From Phoronis australis (lineage: Eukaryota > Animalia > Phoronida): a stretch of 64,000 nucleotides of DNA. The stretch spans positions 357,505 to 421,504 of the forward strand of contig NMRA01000285.1 of the NCBI GenBank assembly GCA_002633005.1, written 5' to 3'. The position numbers and the translations under genes were made by a program. Below are positions 49,301-63,060 of this stretch, piece by piece. The notes under the pieces were generated by a model. It searched no databases, was not told where the DNA came from, and worked only from the letters and a program-made list of their open reading frames with translations. Each line of letters begins with the position of its first letter. Positions within the stretch are counted from its first letter, which is position 1.

Positions 49301-52300
49301 CTTAAATGCATGCATTTAATTTCCAAGACCATTTACTTTCATTAGAGGTGCACTTCCTTAACAATGTGAACATTATTAATACAAACTTGCCCAACATTAA
49401 CTCGTAACATGGTCTTATTTTCTTTCAAGACATTGCTTAGGATAAAGATCAATGGTAGCTCCTATGGCAATAACTGGTCAACCTCGGAAAGATTTTTATA
49501 CATACATGGTCCTATTTTTGATGTTGCTTCTTTTTTAGATCAGTTTACTAAACTATGAGGATGGCATGGTCGACCAGTCGTCCATCATTCCAATGGTGGA
49601 CGGTGGCACCGAAGGCTTTAAAGGGAATGCTCGTGTCATTCTGCCTGGCCTCACAGCTTGTACAGAGTGCACGCTTGATCTTTACCCCCCGCAGGTGAGC
49701 CACCATTGACGGGAGGATTGGTCAGGTTTATGCCACTGAATCGTTTCTGTTAACTGTTGACACAAAAACGACGATGGGGTAAAATGTCACCAATTTAGTG
49801 GAAATTGTATTTTCTGATTTTTTCAGAAATGATTCACAGCTCGAAAATTTTTTTTATTCAATTTCTGTACATTAGCTTCCAACAATTAATATCTTGAACA
49901 ATTATGAGCAGACACAACAATGTAAGAAGCCCTTGAAAATGAAGAAATGACATTTGACAATTATTTTTATGCGAAATTTGTAATATTTTACTACTCGTCA
50001 TTAATGGAGTTAAGGATAGAGTAGTCTAAATCACACAGCTAAAAATGTGCACTGCATGGAGCAGGATTGGTGAGAGGACTCTCTCACGCCATCTGTTGGT
50101 CGCACATCAAATTAAGTCATTGGTGGAGTGACATAATTGTTTTTCCCCTGGTCTAGTCATGAAGGAACAACTGTTGTAGAAAACCATTGTGGGTTTGTGT
50201 TATCTCGGCCCTGTCATGTTACGTAATATTGGAAATACTTAATTATTCTGTTGTTTGAGGATAAATTAAACACCTGAGACGGGGTTTCTTGCATACTGAC
50301 ATTAGTGAGAACGTTTCTCACTCTTAAATTTTTTTGAGATTCATGATAAACTTTAAGCAAAAATATGGCTCATGTGATTACCAAACATTTATGAAATGTA
50401 TTAAGGCATCCATTAAGGTAATTCAGTCATTGACAATTCAGAAAAAAACGTACTAAATACAAATATGAGCTGTAGATTGAAAGTTAAAATGAAATTTTAT
50501 GAAACGTGAAAAGAATTCACAAAGATTAACCATTAACATGGCCCAGTCTGGTGGAACTCAAGGTAAAACTGGGGCCCGACGGCATCATTGTGGCGAACTG
50601 CAGACTTCGCCCAAATGACCAGACTGACTATCTAAGCTACATGGCCGGGATCGCTGAAAAAAAAGAAGAACCATTACTTTGGTTAAAACTTTGCTTACCC
50701 CAATGTCCTACTCTATTAGTGTCTGTGTTTAATGTCAATCATTTTCTTTTTCAGGTTAATTTCCCCATGTGCACTATAGCTCACACTCCCCGTCTACCAG
50801 AGCACTGTGTAGAATATTCCAGAATATTGTTGTGGCCTCAGGAGAAGCCATTCGGAGGTAGGATTTAGTTCAAATACTGTGAGTCAGGACTTGTCATGAA
50901 GTTGTTTTTAGGTAGCAAGGTTAGTTTCGTGCAAGAAAAGCAAGATCGTGCAACAGCTTGCAAAATCATATGTCGTTATGTGAAAGACGAATGTTTGACA
51001 ACCGTGTTTGGGAGCTCAGTGGCCTATCATAGCAAAATGGCGGCTTCTGATTAGCGATTGGTTGGTGATGTCGGAATGTTGAATTATAGGAATGAGTTCA
51101 GTTTCTATTCCAAAAGTGAAGAGTTTTCGCCACAAATGCAAGCTGATGTCTTGTGTCTGCGGAACTCTGTCCTGAGGTCCCATTTTCTGATAACAACCAG
51201 AGTGAAATGGTGTCGTATTGTGTTTGCTTGTTAGTTAGATTTTGGGAGTGTTTCTATTGCAAGTGAACTATCAAATTTTGTAGGGGTGTTCATGCTGCTT
51301 ACTAAATGTAATGTATAATTATACTTCCCATTGGCACTGGTGCTTTCTAATAGACAAATGCTTTGTGATGAATCTAATTGATCTTAGTCAAAACTCAAGT
51401 GCTGTAATTATGTGTGCTGTGTGTGTGACATTATAGCTGTTTACGTGTAGTGAATCAGTTTTATGAAGTGGAGGGGTGTTGGACAGGATTTAAATATCTT
51501 GAGGAAACACGCGCACACAGTTAAATAGTCTTGTAAGGCAAACTAATAACATGAGCATAACCACCATTAATGAACATAAATACAATGCAAGCCACAGAAA
51601 TCTGGTATTATCAAGAATACATTGTTTTTCTAAAAGCAATTAAAAATTCACGTGTGCTTACCAGCAGAAGGATCTGTCAATCAATGTCTTTGTGGATTCC
51701 TTCAATGCTCACTACATGTAAAAATAAGTTGTCTCACGTTTTTGTTTACTTTGTCATCTCAATGTGTTGCTGTTTCGTTGCAGAGACAACGCCAATAGAT
51801 GGGGATGACCCTCAGCACATTAGCTGGATATATGAAAAATCTCTCGACCGAGCCAACCAGTATGGTATAGCGGGTGTGACATATAGGTTAACTCAAGGTA
51901 CTCTTATGTTGTGCTTTGACCTCTGCTGGTCTTATCAGGAATTTGTGAGCGAGCACCTTGGATGCTCTTTAAAACATTTGCTTTTTTATGCTGACCAAAC
52001 CATTCCTAAGAAGCCGATCATAGATACCAGCATTAACTATAATAACCCTGACCTGTCTTTCATAGCATTGTTGTGGGGTCTCAAACTTTCATGATACTCT
52101 GTAATTTTTGTCTTGTTCTTATATTACTGATCTACAAGGGGAGGCAACTAGCGCATTCCCTAAACTATGAGTAGCTCAGACTTCATCAAACCCACCTGCT
52201 AAGCTGAGAAGTTTATTTTGTTAACTCTTAAAAGGACACTAAACCCTGTTTTGGTGAGTTCAACCAATCTTTGTTTTGTCCCCTGTTAACTCATCTTTGG

Positions 52301-55300
52301 CATCTGAACTGAATGATAAAAGCATCTGTGTCACAGAATGAATTTTATGATTCTTAGTGGTTGGTAATTCTCTGCAGTTGTATTACTTGGCTAAAGCACA
52401 GGTCACACTTGCCCATTTGCAGTTTTTGGAAAGAGTTTTCGAAATATTGCTTAAAACGTTTATGACAAGGGTTACAGGGCATAATTTTAGAAAGCTGATT
52501 ATCGGAAATTTGTTAATATCTGATAACGTGCCAAAACTGGGTTTAGTAAAAGGATACTTAACCCAGTTTTGGCATGTTGTACTTAAAAGTTAAATCTTGG
52601 AACGTCACTGTAGCTTCGGTAAGGTTAGTTTTATGATGTAATAGGGCTTATTCAAAGTATATTAACAAATTATTGTAACTGGCCAATTGTTTACTAGTCA
52701 TTTAAGGTAAATATGTACCGATCATTAACCTGTTTGTGTTGCACATTGTTCAAGACATGTCATCTTACTGGCAGTTTAATTTTCCCATTTTGCAGGTGTG
52801 GTCAAGAGAATAATTCCTGCTGTGGCATCCACGAATGCAATAATTGCTGGTACAACTGCCCTTTTCTACCCGTACATTTTACCCCAAAGTAGCATTTTTG
52901 CTTGGTGTATAAAAGTGGTTATTCTTCAAACTATTACCTGACTTGTGCACTTGGAGTTGTTAGTAACGGTGTAAAAGTTGCGTTTATTTTGTTCTCTAAT
53001 TTACATGATGCATATTGTGTACATTTGTTTTCACTGTTGTTAAAATGTTAGTTGTGTACCTATGCTGATCATGTTTCTAATGTCTTTCAGCTGCATGTGT
53101 GACAGAAGTGTTTAAAATAGCCACAAGGTAAGACAAGACACAGTTCTAGAGTATGTTGGTTTCCAGACCCCAAAAATGTGATAATGACCGAGGCAGAGCT
53201 AGAGCCTGAACCAATTATGCAATAATGAACATCAGTGAACGTTTTACCTTCTGAAAAGTTAACGGACTCACCTTTTGTACAGTAGTGTGGTGGTGGGAAC
53301 TGCTATGGTTTGATGTAGGTTTGTATTTACCTGGTGATTTAGATTTTACTGTTATTTGCATTACCATAGCAGGTGATAGAGTAATAGAACATTACAGAGA
53401 AGATTAGGTGATAGATTAGGGGAACATAATTATTATATCTCTGACAGTAGCAGTGTTTTTAGGCATTGTCACTAGCATATTGCTAATTCAGTAGACATTA
53501 TTGCTAGATAACATGACAAAGATAAGCTCAATAGCAAAGAGTCTTTGACCATTCAGGCTAACAAAGCTGCACATTCACTCAATCAGCAGCAGAGCTCTGT
53601 TGCCTTGAACCCATGGTCGTTTGGTTGTTTGCTGTGTTTGAGTATAGTCGCTGTTTGTTCAGTTAGTTTACTGCTCGACACTGTTGAGTGTGCATTGGTT
53701 TATTGTCTTGATAATGCTTTAGGGATTAAAGTGAAATGTTGAACATGAAAGTCTATGTAGTTGCACTGATTTTTAAATTTCTTTCCATGATTTGGCCAAA
53801 ATCTGATTTAATTAATGTGGAGAATTACTGTCTCTGAATTATGAGCTTATAATTTTACAATCTCTCTAAATCACATTTTGTGCTGAAACCCATTAAAATC
53901 ATATCACTTAAATGTCTTGATACGCCCATGCAATAACTGTGTCACATGTCCATTTAAATGTAGAAGGTTATTGTAAGGTCACATGACATGGTTATTGCAT
54001 GAGAATGAAGACAGAGTCTGTGAAGAAATGTGGGTTAAATCTTTGAAATGTAATAGTTAATGTGTTAAATTGCATGGAAATACTTACTTGGCACAACAAC
54101 CTCAGCTGATAACAGCACCCATACAAAATCACATATAGTTTAGCGTATAAATATATTGTGCTGCTATGTGAAGTAAGAACAAATGAGTGTAGATGTCAGA
54201 CTTGTTATTTGAATTTTGGTAATATTTCGATTGTCTTTGAGCAGTGTTAAAATCATGAAGAGTGGTAGTGAGGGCTCCCATGGAAAGCAGCGTGAACTGA
54301 TGTGGCTACCCTCATTGTATAAAATGAATCAAAGTGCCATGTTTTACATTAATTATCTTTCCAGCTGCCGTACTCCCATGAATAACTACATGAACTTTAA
54401 CGATACTGAAGGTGTCTACACATACACTTTTGAGGCTGAGAAACGGGTAAGTGTGTCTACGAAAGCCTTGCGTAAACTGTAAGAAAGCTTGTAGCAGAAA
54501 AGTGAAGTTTAACCTTGTCAACTTACTGAACAAAAATAACTAAGCAGCATGGTGTGGACGCCATTGTTGTCACCAGAATGGTTTGTGTGGCACTGCTGTC
54601 ATTGGAATGGTTTGTATGGCACTGCTGTCATTGGAATGGTTTGTATGGCACTGGCTTGTAGGGCTCTGCTGTCACCAGAATGGTTTGTACGGCACTGCTG
54701 TCATTGGAATGGTTTGTACAAACAGCATTGCTGTCATCAGAATGGTTTGTGTGGCACTGCTGTCATTGGAATGGTTTGTAGGGCTCTGCTGTCACCAGAA
54801 TGATTTGTATGGCACTGCTGTCATAGGAATGGTTTGTACAAACAGCATTGCTGTCACCAGAATGGTTTGCATGGGTGTCGTTAGAATTCACCCAGATATT
54901 ATGGTCCTGTGGACCCATGGATCATATGTTTTGGGGTTCCATTTAAATTTCTTGGTGCCTGTAAAGAACACTAAAGAACAAATTACACGCAAATCAAGTG
55001 GTACTTTTACCAATGGAAATTGTGGGAAGATGACCAAGAGATGAAATTGATGCTTACTCTTAAGTTTTATATTTTCTGTTTTATCAAAATTGTGTCCAAA
55101 TGTATGCGTGCATGTGTTAAAATATTCAAATGACACAAAAACACAACTTCCCGAGTGAACACTGTCACTAATCAACATTTGGTAAAAGGTAGAGCTAATC
55201 AGCAGTATTGCATAATTGTCAACTGTCCTACTTTTGGCGGCAGCTTCCTGCCTTTTTAAGCTTCTCCATGCATCCCACAACAGTGTCAAAATGTCCCGTT

Positions 55301-58300
55301 CTTTGACACATGCAAGAATATTGTGTTAACACTTGGCTGTATCAGATATTTATTCTTGTTCACACTTGTAAGCCCTCGTGTCCCTTGTTTCAGTTCACAA
55401 GTGTGACTAAAAATGAAAAATAAAAAACTTCAGCTTGTTTGCTGTTATTCTGATTGACATTTTCCCTTATGTCATCCTAGATTCAGATGTCCTGCTTTTT
55501 CTTTTCGGATTGTTGGCAACTATGAAAATGTAATGCGATGTAATGAAGCTTTTCAAATTTACTTTTTCGTACGCATTAGGTCTCCTCACCTTTATTTTTG
55601 GCCACTTCGTGCATCCTTACATTTCATATGTTCCAGGAGGATTGTGTGGCGTGCTCTCAACAGCCAAAGGAACTCAGTTTTACTGAAGAGTCTAAACTGC
55701 AAGAAGTCTTGGACTATCTCACAGAGTCATAGTAAGAAAGGGATTGGTTTTAATTTGTTACTGAGTTAACAATTACTGGCTACGGTAAAGTAGCCTTGCC
55801 ATAACATTTAAAATTGAAAGACTTCTTAAAGTGGAGTTTTTGAGTAGGTTGTCACTATGTGGCATTGTCAACTACTGTAAGATGGATGCAGAGATGAGTC
55901 ATTTCACTTGGACAGTATGCAAATTAATGTGGTGATCAGCCTAAGTCAAATACTAGAAAGGACACACAGATGCCCATTTGTTTGAATTCAATGGGGGATT
56001 TGAAAAAAAAAATAAGTGGATCTGTGCTCACTGGAAGGCAACTTGTGTTTTACATGTATTATAACCAAATGGACACTGTTGTTTACTCCGATTTAGTCTT
56101 CTGTTTAACCAAACAAGGCCATGCGTAATTTGTTGCCCTTGTTGGCAAATACCTTTCGAAGCAGAACATCCCTATGGCAATATTTTAATAAAGTCAAATG
56201 GNAGTGCTTGCCACACACACGGTAATTGTCCACTGCTTTGTATGTTGCGTGGACGGGCAACGCTGCGTTCTTCACACGAACGAGCCAAGTACGGCGAAGT
56301 GTGTCATCCATCGGAAAGCGATGCAAAGGTACTCCCAAAGCGCGCGTGAGCCGATAATTAGTACATCCCGGTACGCAGCAACAGTGTGGCATGTTGACTG
56401 ACTAGTAAATGAAAGCAAACGACGACGGAACTTAACACAACCGAGGTAGAACAATGACTGACTCGGCAGCTCTCACAGTCAGACTATATGAAAAGAAATT
56501 GGCGCGAAATGCTTGCCTCCTAAAACATCACTTCCGGAGTAGCGGACGAGTAATTATTAAAATTACAAAAAGCTGTAATTAAGTGGAAAATATGTCTAGG
56601 ATAACCATCCAACCTTATTTTAGCTCAAAATGACATGGAAAAAGGTTGCCTTCGCCTTTAACACTTGGCTGTATCAGATATTTATGCTTGTTCACACTTG
56701 TGAGCCCTCGTGTCCCCCGGTTTCAGTTCACAAGTGTGACTAAAAATAAAAAATAAAAAAAACTTCAGCTTGCTGTTTGCTTTTATGATTTTGATTGATG
56801 TTTTCCCTTATGTCATCCTAGTTTCAGATGTCCTGCTTTTTCTTTTCGGAATGTTGGCAACTATGAAAATGTAATGTGATGTAATGAAGCTTTTCAAATT
56901 TACTTTTTCGTACGCATTAGGTCTCCTCACCTTTTGTGCATCCGTACATTTCATCTGTTCCAGGAGGACTGTGTGGCGTGCTCTCAACAGCCAAAGGAAC
57001 TCAGTTTTACTGAAGAGTCTAAATTGCTAGACATCTTGGACTATCTCACAGAGTCATAGTAAGAAAGGGATTGGTTTTAATTTGTTACTGAGTTAACAAT
57101 TACTGGCTACGGTAAAGTAGCCTTGCCATAACATTTAAAATTGTAAGACTTTTTAAAGTGGAGTTATAGAGTAGGTTGTCACTATGTGGCATTGTCAACT
57201 ACTGTAAGATTAATGCAGAGATGAGTCATTTCACTTGGACAAATGGGGAGATCAGCCTAAGTCAAATACTAGAAAGGAGACACAGATGCCCAATTGTTTG
57301 AATTCAATGGGGGATTTAAAAAAATAAGAGGATCTGTGCTCACGGGAAGTCGACTTGTGTTTTACATGCATTATAACCAAATGGACACTGTTGTTTACTC
57401 CGATTTAGCCTTCTGTTTAACCAATCAGGGCCATATGTAATTTGTTACCCTTGTTAGCAAATACCTTTTGGAGCAGATCATCGCTATGGCAATATTTTAA
57501 TAATATCAAATGGTGTCAGTGCATTTAATTGCTTATTGCGTGCATGACACTTCCTTTTCAGTGCTTTTAAGCATGTGTTCACAAGTAAGTCTGTGTCGTG
57601 TTTGGATCCTGAGGCAGACCCATGAACCCGTTTGCTCGGCCATTACTGTATTGCTGCAGTGGACATGTTGGTGTGTTCTCCAAGCGCCCCCATCCCCCCA
57701 CCCGCGCGCCTCTGTGACTGTATTCTATCTACTTTGTTCACATGTGTGTTCATGGTTTCAGTCAAATGAAATCCCCCGGTATGACTGCCATGGTGAATGG
57801 CAAAAACAAGACATTATACATGCAGACCATTGCCTCGATAAAGGAACGCACAAAACCCAATTTGAAGATGACACTCAAAGGTGAGCTGATTTTGTGACAC
57901 AAGGCAGTTGTAAGCTCAGTTAATGCTGTAATGTTGTGTGTTTAGTAATATCTCTTCAACAGTAGTGTTGCACAAGGATATAGTTCGGCTTTTATAGGGG
58001 AAGTGCCTTTAGCGCTTATCAAAACTTGTCCTGTGTACATCTATATAAAATAATTGCAGGCAGTCCGGTACATGTACCAGACATGCACAGGCTGCTTGGG
58101 TGGGCTCACCTGGAACAATTTATTGAATGCTTTAAGAGCATATATTAGATAAAACCAAGTTGAGGAGCTAGTGACCTGACTCATGGGTCTAGCAGTGTGC
58201 CCCAGTGGGACTCGAACGCACCTATCACACTTGGCCACATTGTCTCCTCTTACTGCGTACATTTGGTGAAAGTAGTCCCTGTCAATCATCTATAACTTAA

Positions 58301-59072
58301 TTGCTTACGAGAGGAATGACAATACGGTATTTTTATTTGAGTCTTCAGATTTACAGTTGTTTCAATGAGCTTGCAGCCACTTGGAAGTGCTGTTCAGTAT
58401 TTGTTGATCAAGGGCACTTTGTATAATTGTATAATATTGCCTTCAAGGATTGTCCATATTCTCTGAAAAAATAGACAAATATTTTTTGTATTTAGAAATT
58501 TAAGTATGTGGTATTAAACATTACTGTACAGTAGCTTCCACGGATTCAAACTTTCTCAGTCTGCACATACACTCAAAAATATCCAGGCTCCTGTTTAGGC
58601 ACTCTATGTAAGAGCTGCCTGATATTCATTGTAAAAACGAAGAGAACATCAATTCGTAATACACGCAGCTGCCCGATGTTTATTGGGAAAATAGAGAGAA
58701 CAAAAATACATACCCGGTAATTTCCTAATACACTTGTAGTTATGTATTTTTATTCTCTTCAATTTCCCAATAAACATCTGGCAGCTGTTACATCCAGTGG
58801 CTATGCAAGGACTCTGAGGAAAGCTTGTATCCACTGATGCTAGGTGTAGTGATTAATGTCACTTGATTTATAAGCAAATTCGGTGCCAAACAAATATTTT
58901 AAAAAATGTGTACATTTTGATCCTTGAACTAGAAAGCTTGATTTTCATGTTATTTTTTGTTTCATTTTCAGAATTGGGGTTGTGTGATGGGCAAGAGTTT
59001 TATGTAGCTGACTCTACGACCCCCAACACTCTAGTATTCAAACTGAACTTATCTCTTAATATGGAGAAATAA
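43317..59072 (+). CDS. UBA3: NEDD8-activating enzyme E1 catalytic subunit, 443 aa
   Basis: Exons 43317-43330, 43945-44047, 45304-45384, 46603-46685, 47042-47122, 47587-47630, 48496-48560, 49539-49694, 50755-50857, 51784-51897, 52796-52849, 53091-53127, 54365-54446, 55637-55731 (or duplicate 56964-57058), 57762-57880, 58972-59072, all in phase (1332 nt). Motifs [45 protein letters not shown], catalytic [26 protein letters not shown]. Confidence 0.97.
44188..44339. mobile_element. MITE related to those at 19411 and 23804
   Basis: aactt|CAGTGACGGATTT ... AAATCCGTCCCTG|aactc (imperfect 5-bp TSD). Confidence 0.7.
47123..47586 (+). other. U12-type (minor spliceosome) GT-AG intron in UBA3
   Basis: 5' site GTATCCTT, branch site TTCCTTAAC at 47569-47577, AG at 47585-47586, no polypyrimidine tract. 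Confidence 0.93.
54566..54870. repeat. Compound ~30-bp minisatellite in a UBA3 intron
   Basis: Alternating variants of GGCACTGCTGTCATTGGAATGGTTTGTA and CTGTCACCAGAATGGTTTGT. Confidence 0.9.
55326..57513 (+). repeat. Direct duplication of ~870 bp (55326-56201 and 56658-57513) including UBA3 exon 14
   Basis: Both copies begin TTAACACTTGGCTGTATCAG and run colinearly with scattered substitutions and indels; separated by an N and a THAP element end. Confidence 0.93.
56203..56657 (-). mobile_element. Kolobok-like element 5' end with intact-looking THAP domain, cut at N
   Basis: TTAA|AGGCGAAGGC terminus on minus strand; ORF from 56392 [12 protein letters not shown]...LHRFP...W...YRVCGKH (THAP C2CH motif). 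Confidence 0.82.
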
Positions 59073-59640
59073 CAGCTGGGCTTAGTAACATCAGCTTTGA
59101 ATAGCTCAGAATAACTGAGCTACTTGTTTGTGATGTCATACAGAGAGATACGGCTGTTGCCAAGCTGGGCATTACTTATTTACGTAGCTGCCTAAGAAAC
59201 ATTCTACGTGCCCAAAAATTTCAAGTTCCGGTGTGCAAGACAGGTCAAGTTGACGGGGATGAAACTCAATTTCTTTCATCTACGGACTGTTTGAGGCGTT
59301 GAGTGTTATTGTGTACAACCATGCAACACTGGTTATTTGATACCGGAAATTTTTTTTCAAAAAAGGTGCCGAAAATTATCTCACTGCATTAAACCCATAT
59401 GTGAATGCAGAACGCCATCCATCAACTTCCCTATCACCATCTAGCCACAAGGTGTTTGTTGTCATGTCGACACTATATTGGAAGATTGCTGTCAGGAACT
59501 GATACCTTCTCTGAATTTTGTCCTTGGCTGGAAGTTCTTTAGAGGAAAAGACAATGATGTGGTTACGGCATGGAAAAAACTTCTTTACATCCTGGAGTTT
59601 TAAACTTTTAAGCATACTAGTGATTGACAAATGACTTTGG

Positions 59641-59646
59641 AATAAA
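59641..59646 (+). terminator. Candidate polyadenylation signal of UBA3
   Basis: AATAAA about 570 bp after the stop, followed by T/GT-rich sequence. Confidence 0.4.
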
Positions 59647-61804
59647 TCTTGATTATGATTAATGTGTAGTTTTCATATATTTATATCTCCTGCATTGTAG
59701 TTAATACACTTTTTATGGGCCCAGGTATTTAATTGGGTATGCAAACTGCCGTCATCTGTTCGGCGTCCGCACCTGTCGCGGGATATTGATGAGATTTGGC
59801 AGATGTGTTTCTATTTAGCGGACGACGGTTGATGACGAATTAGGGACCTATCCGACTACTGGTGTGCCCTAAATGAAATTTTTTTTGTTTTACGTTTACA
59901 TCTGTATCTTCAAAGGTCCTCCACGGATTTCGTAAAATTTTGCAGATAGGCATCTAATTAGCAGCAATGAAACGTCTTATAAAAAGGTTCTACAGTACCT
60001 TTTCAAAATTGATGGCATTGTCCAATATCTAGATGGTATTGGGGCAACCCTTTTCTATCGTGGTACAGAAAAACTTTTTATACTGCGTTCACACTTTTTC
60101 CGATCTGCAGGCAGGTAGTGTATGATTGGCTTTCTGAGCACTTGAAATTTCACATTTGAACGCCTGTCTAACGTCTGACCTGTTTTCTTTTCCTCCGACA
60201 CGTCAGATTGGCCTTGTTGTCTAAATAATGAACACGTGGAACTTATAAAATGTCAACTCTATAACAGATCTATAAATTTGTCTAGACCCAAATGGGACTC
60301 CGGCCGGGGTTATTTGACTATGGATACATAGCCATTTAGAAAGTGGACTCAAAAAGTACTCATTTGTAAAAAAACGTCCCTGAAATAGTCACGTTTTCGT
60401 AAAATTTTTGTTTTAGAAACACAACCCTTTATCAGAGTTTAATTAAGGTACCTATTCGATCCCGACATAAAGATGTATTGCATGCTACTAAAAACGTATA
60501 ACAGGAACTAAACCTCAATGCTACTTGAACATTATCGACGCTTAAAAAAGTGCAGTTGTATTCATTAACTTGTAAACATGAAAACGAGAAAATCTGCAAT
60601 AGGCGACATTTGCACTAATGACGTACCTGAGGGGCTCACATAGCCCGCATCATGCTGTGTTATTCCCCAACACCACGTCATGATACTTACTAAACACGGT
60701 TGGGTGATTTACGGCGGATCATTTTCGACACAAAACTCGTTCTTAAAAGCTTTTGGCAATTTTCAACTTACTTCATGTTCACATCGTCACTATATGTTGT
60801 GTTTCTAAAAAAATTTTACCAAGCAATAACAGAGATAAAGAATTAGCGTGCAAATTCCACTTTTAAGATTTTTTGACAGCTGTATTTTCATCCCATTTGA
60901 ATTTAAGCAGTACAAGAAGTGACATCAAATAGAAATAACATTTTGAGTGGATCCACTAAGTGATATGACTCAGATATTTGGATATTCAAATACTCTGTTC
61001 TGTGTAGAATGGAAAAGGAATCATGTTGAAGTTTGTACTCCTAAACTGAACACTTTGTAGGGAATTAAATAGAAAAAGGCACTCATCATTTAGTGGGGAA
61101 TTGTATATACGGCCATGTTCAGATAGGTGAGTGTTACGTACGAAAATTAAAAAGTGTGAATTATTTATTAACCTCGTTAGTCTATCTTGCATTTGTTGGC
61201 TGTAACGGATTTGGAATCCTATGGCGGTAGCTTGGACTGAATAGGCCTAGACCTATGATAAGACCGATATTATGAGAATAAAGGGCTCAGCCCAAAATTG
61301 AATTAGGCGGAGTAGTCGCCCTGTACGTCGGGCAGTTGCAATACCAGCGGTAAAGTTTCGCCTCGAAGTAAACAAACAAAAACCATCATGACGGCGGTGG
61401 GTGTATCACGTAATCTACTCATTATCATCCGTGATGACCCTAGCACACCCGAGTGGCCGTCTGAATTAAAGTTTTGACGACTGTAGTAAACCTAGTAGTT
61501 AGTTCCTGGAGTGGACAGTACTGATAAAAAAGCAGCTACCTGAGAAAGCATCGGCAGTGAACTAACTTTAGGGTGTAGGCACTGATTGAATTTTCGAACA
61601 TTTTGTCATTCAGTAAATTTTTGCTTTGACACTGAGAATAAACTTTTGCGTCGTTGAATTCTCAATATTATTGAAAAAGTGAGCCTTTTCATGCAACGCC
61701 CCTAATTTAATGAGTTCATTACGTATTCATACTCATTCACGAATCATTTTAATTATTCATCATTAAGAATGAATAAGCATTTCTGGCCGGGAAAAGAGCT
61801 TTTA

Positions 61805-62213
61805 CCGAGATTTTCCGTAGATAAGCCCACACGGTGAAACGCCTTTGGGTCTTTATTTGAAAAATTATGCCGAATAAACGCCCATAGTGTTATAACTTCT
61901 GGTGTTAAATGTCCAAATAGCGGGGCATTTATTCTAAAAATTTCATCTTAAAGCCCACTCAGCGTTTATATTTTGTCACAAATTCAGTTTTGTGGAGCAT
62001 TTATCACTTGTAAAAACTAACAAGATGTTGACGAATTATGCATAACATAAAATTGAAAGTAAAATATGCCAAAGTCGGGAAAACTATGGCTTCGTTCAAA
62101 AGTCCCCCTTTTCCGAAAAAAAACGCCAGGGCGTTTATTTGGTATTACTAAAACGCCTGATAATTTTCATTTTCCAAATGCAAGTCCATGGGCTTATGTA
62201 CGGAAAATCCTGG
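61805..62213. mobile_element. Tc1/mariner-type MITE with TA TSD
   Basis: ta|CCGAGATTTTCCGTAGATAAGCCC ... GGGCTTATGTACGGAAAATCCTGG|ta. Confidence 0.7.
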
Positions 62214-62549
62214 TACATTGTTGTAAAGACGCGGCATGTCCAATATTCGCACAGTAGTTGATCTTACAAAAGCTGCTGGGCTGAGATACATTGTCACACA
62301 TGGGCACGATGGTGTGTTTTTTCTTATTGATGAAACACACTAGCGCTATCTTGCCGTGGAAATAGTGCAATAGGCCTATTTCTCATGTCTAACTAAAATC
62401 AAGTATGCCTAATCGAAACCGAACTATTCTACTTTAGTACAAACTCAAGATGAGTGTCTACTGCTCCAGTTCATAATGGCTTATCTGGATAACTTTCTAA
62501 TCCTAGTTTGCATCAGGGCTAAAGTTCGAATCTGATTTCGAATGTGTGG

Positions 62550-63060
62550 CATGGCGAAGTCGTTATCACCCGTTATCTAGAGCCCGAGTGGATTTTGGAG
62601 AATTATCGCCACTCGGGCTCTAGATAACGAGGAATAACGACCGGCTGAGAACATGTAATAATCTATTTGTACCACATACTGAACGAGAAACATTGCAATG
62701 AATCGATCTACCATTCTCGACTCGCCGATCGGCTTTGTAACTACTTTCTTTGTCAGAGGCCCGGGGTCGGAAGTCGTGACCTTTTAAGAAAAGCAGAGCT
62801 ATTTTTGTCAAATGACATACTTTTACTCAAAACCAATTGAAAATTTAAACAAAATAGAAAGTGAATCTATAAATTAAGGTTTAGCAACTATTATAGCTTA
62901 CTACACATTTTATCACGCAAAGCTTTGACCGGGAAAATATCGTCTGCTAAAGTATGAGGTTACCACTAGTAACTAAGTATGCTCAAGTCAAAGGATCCCG
63001 AAGACACGATACCGCCCGCATTCAAATTGAAGATCGGTGATTTACAAGTGAGAGAACACG
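62550..63060 (+). mobile_element. Second, truncated copy of the Crypton 5' end
   Basis: Colinear with 27487-27990 (ctgagaacatgtaataatct, aaacattgcaatgaatcgat, aaccaattgaaaatttaaacaaaatagaaa, gatttacaagtgagaga). Confidence 0.85.

Noticed and set aside
54549-55044. Cys/Trp-rich ORFs
   Set aside because: Translation of an intronic minisatellite.
56105-56392. 95-aa THAP ORF as a host gene
   Set aside because: ORF crosses the N into unrelated duplicated intron sequence; belongs to a transposon end.
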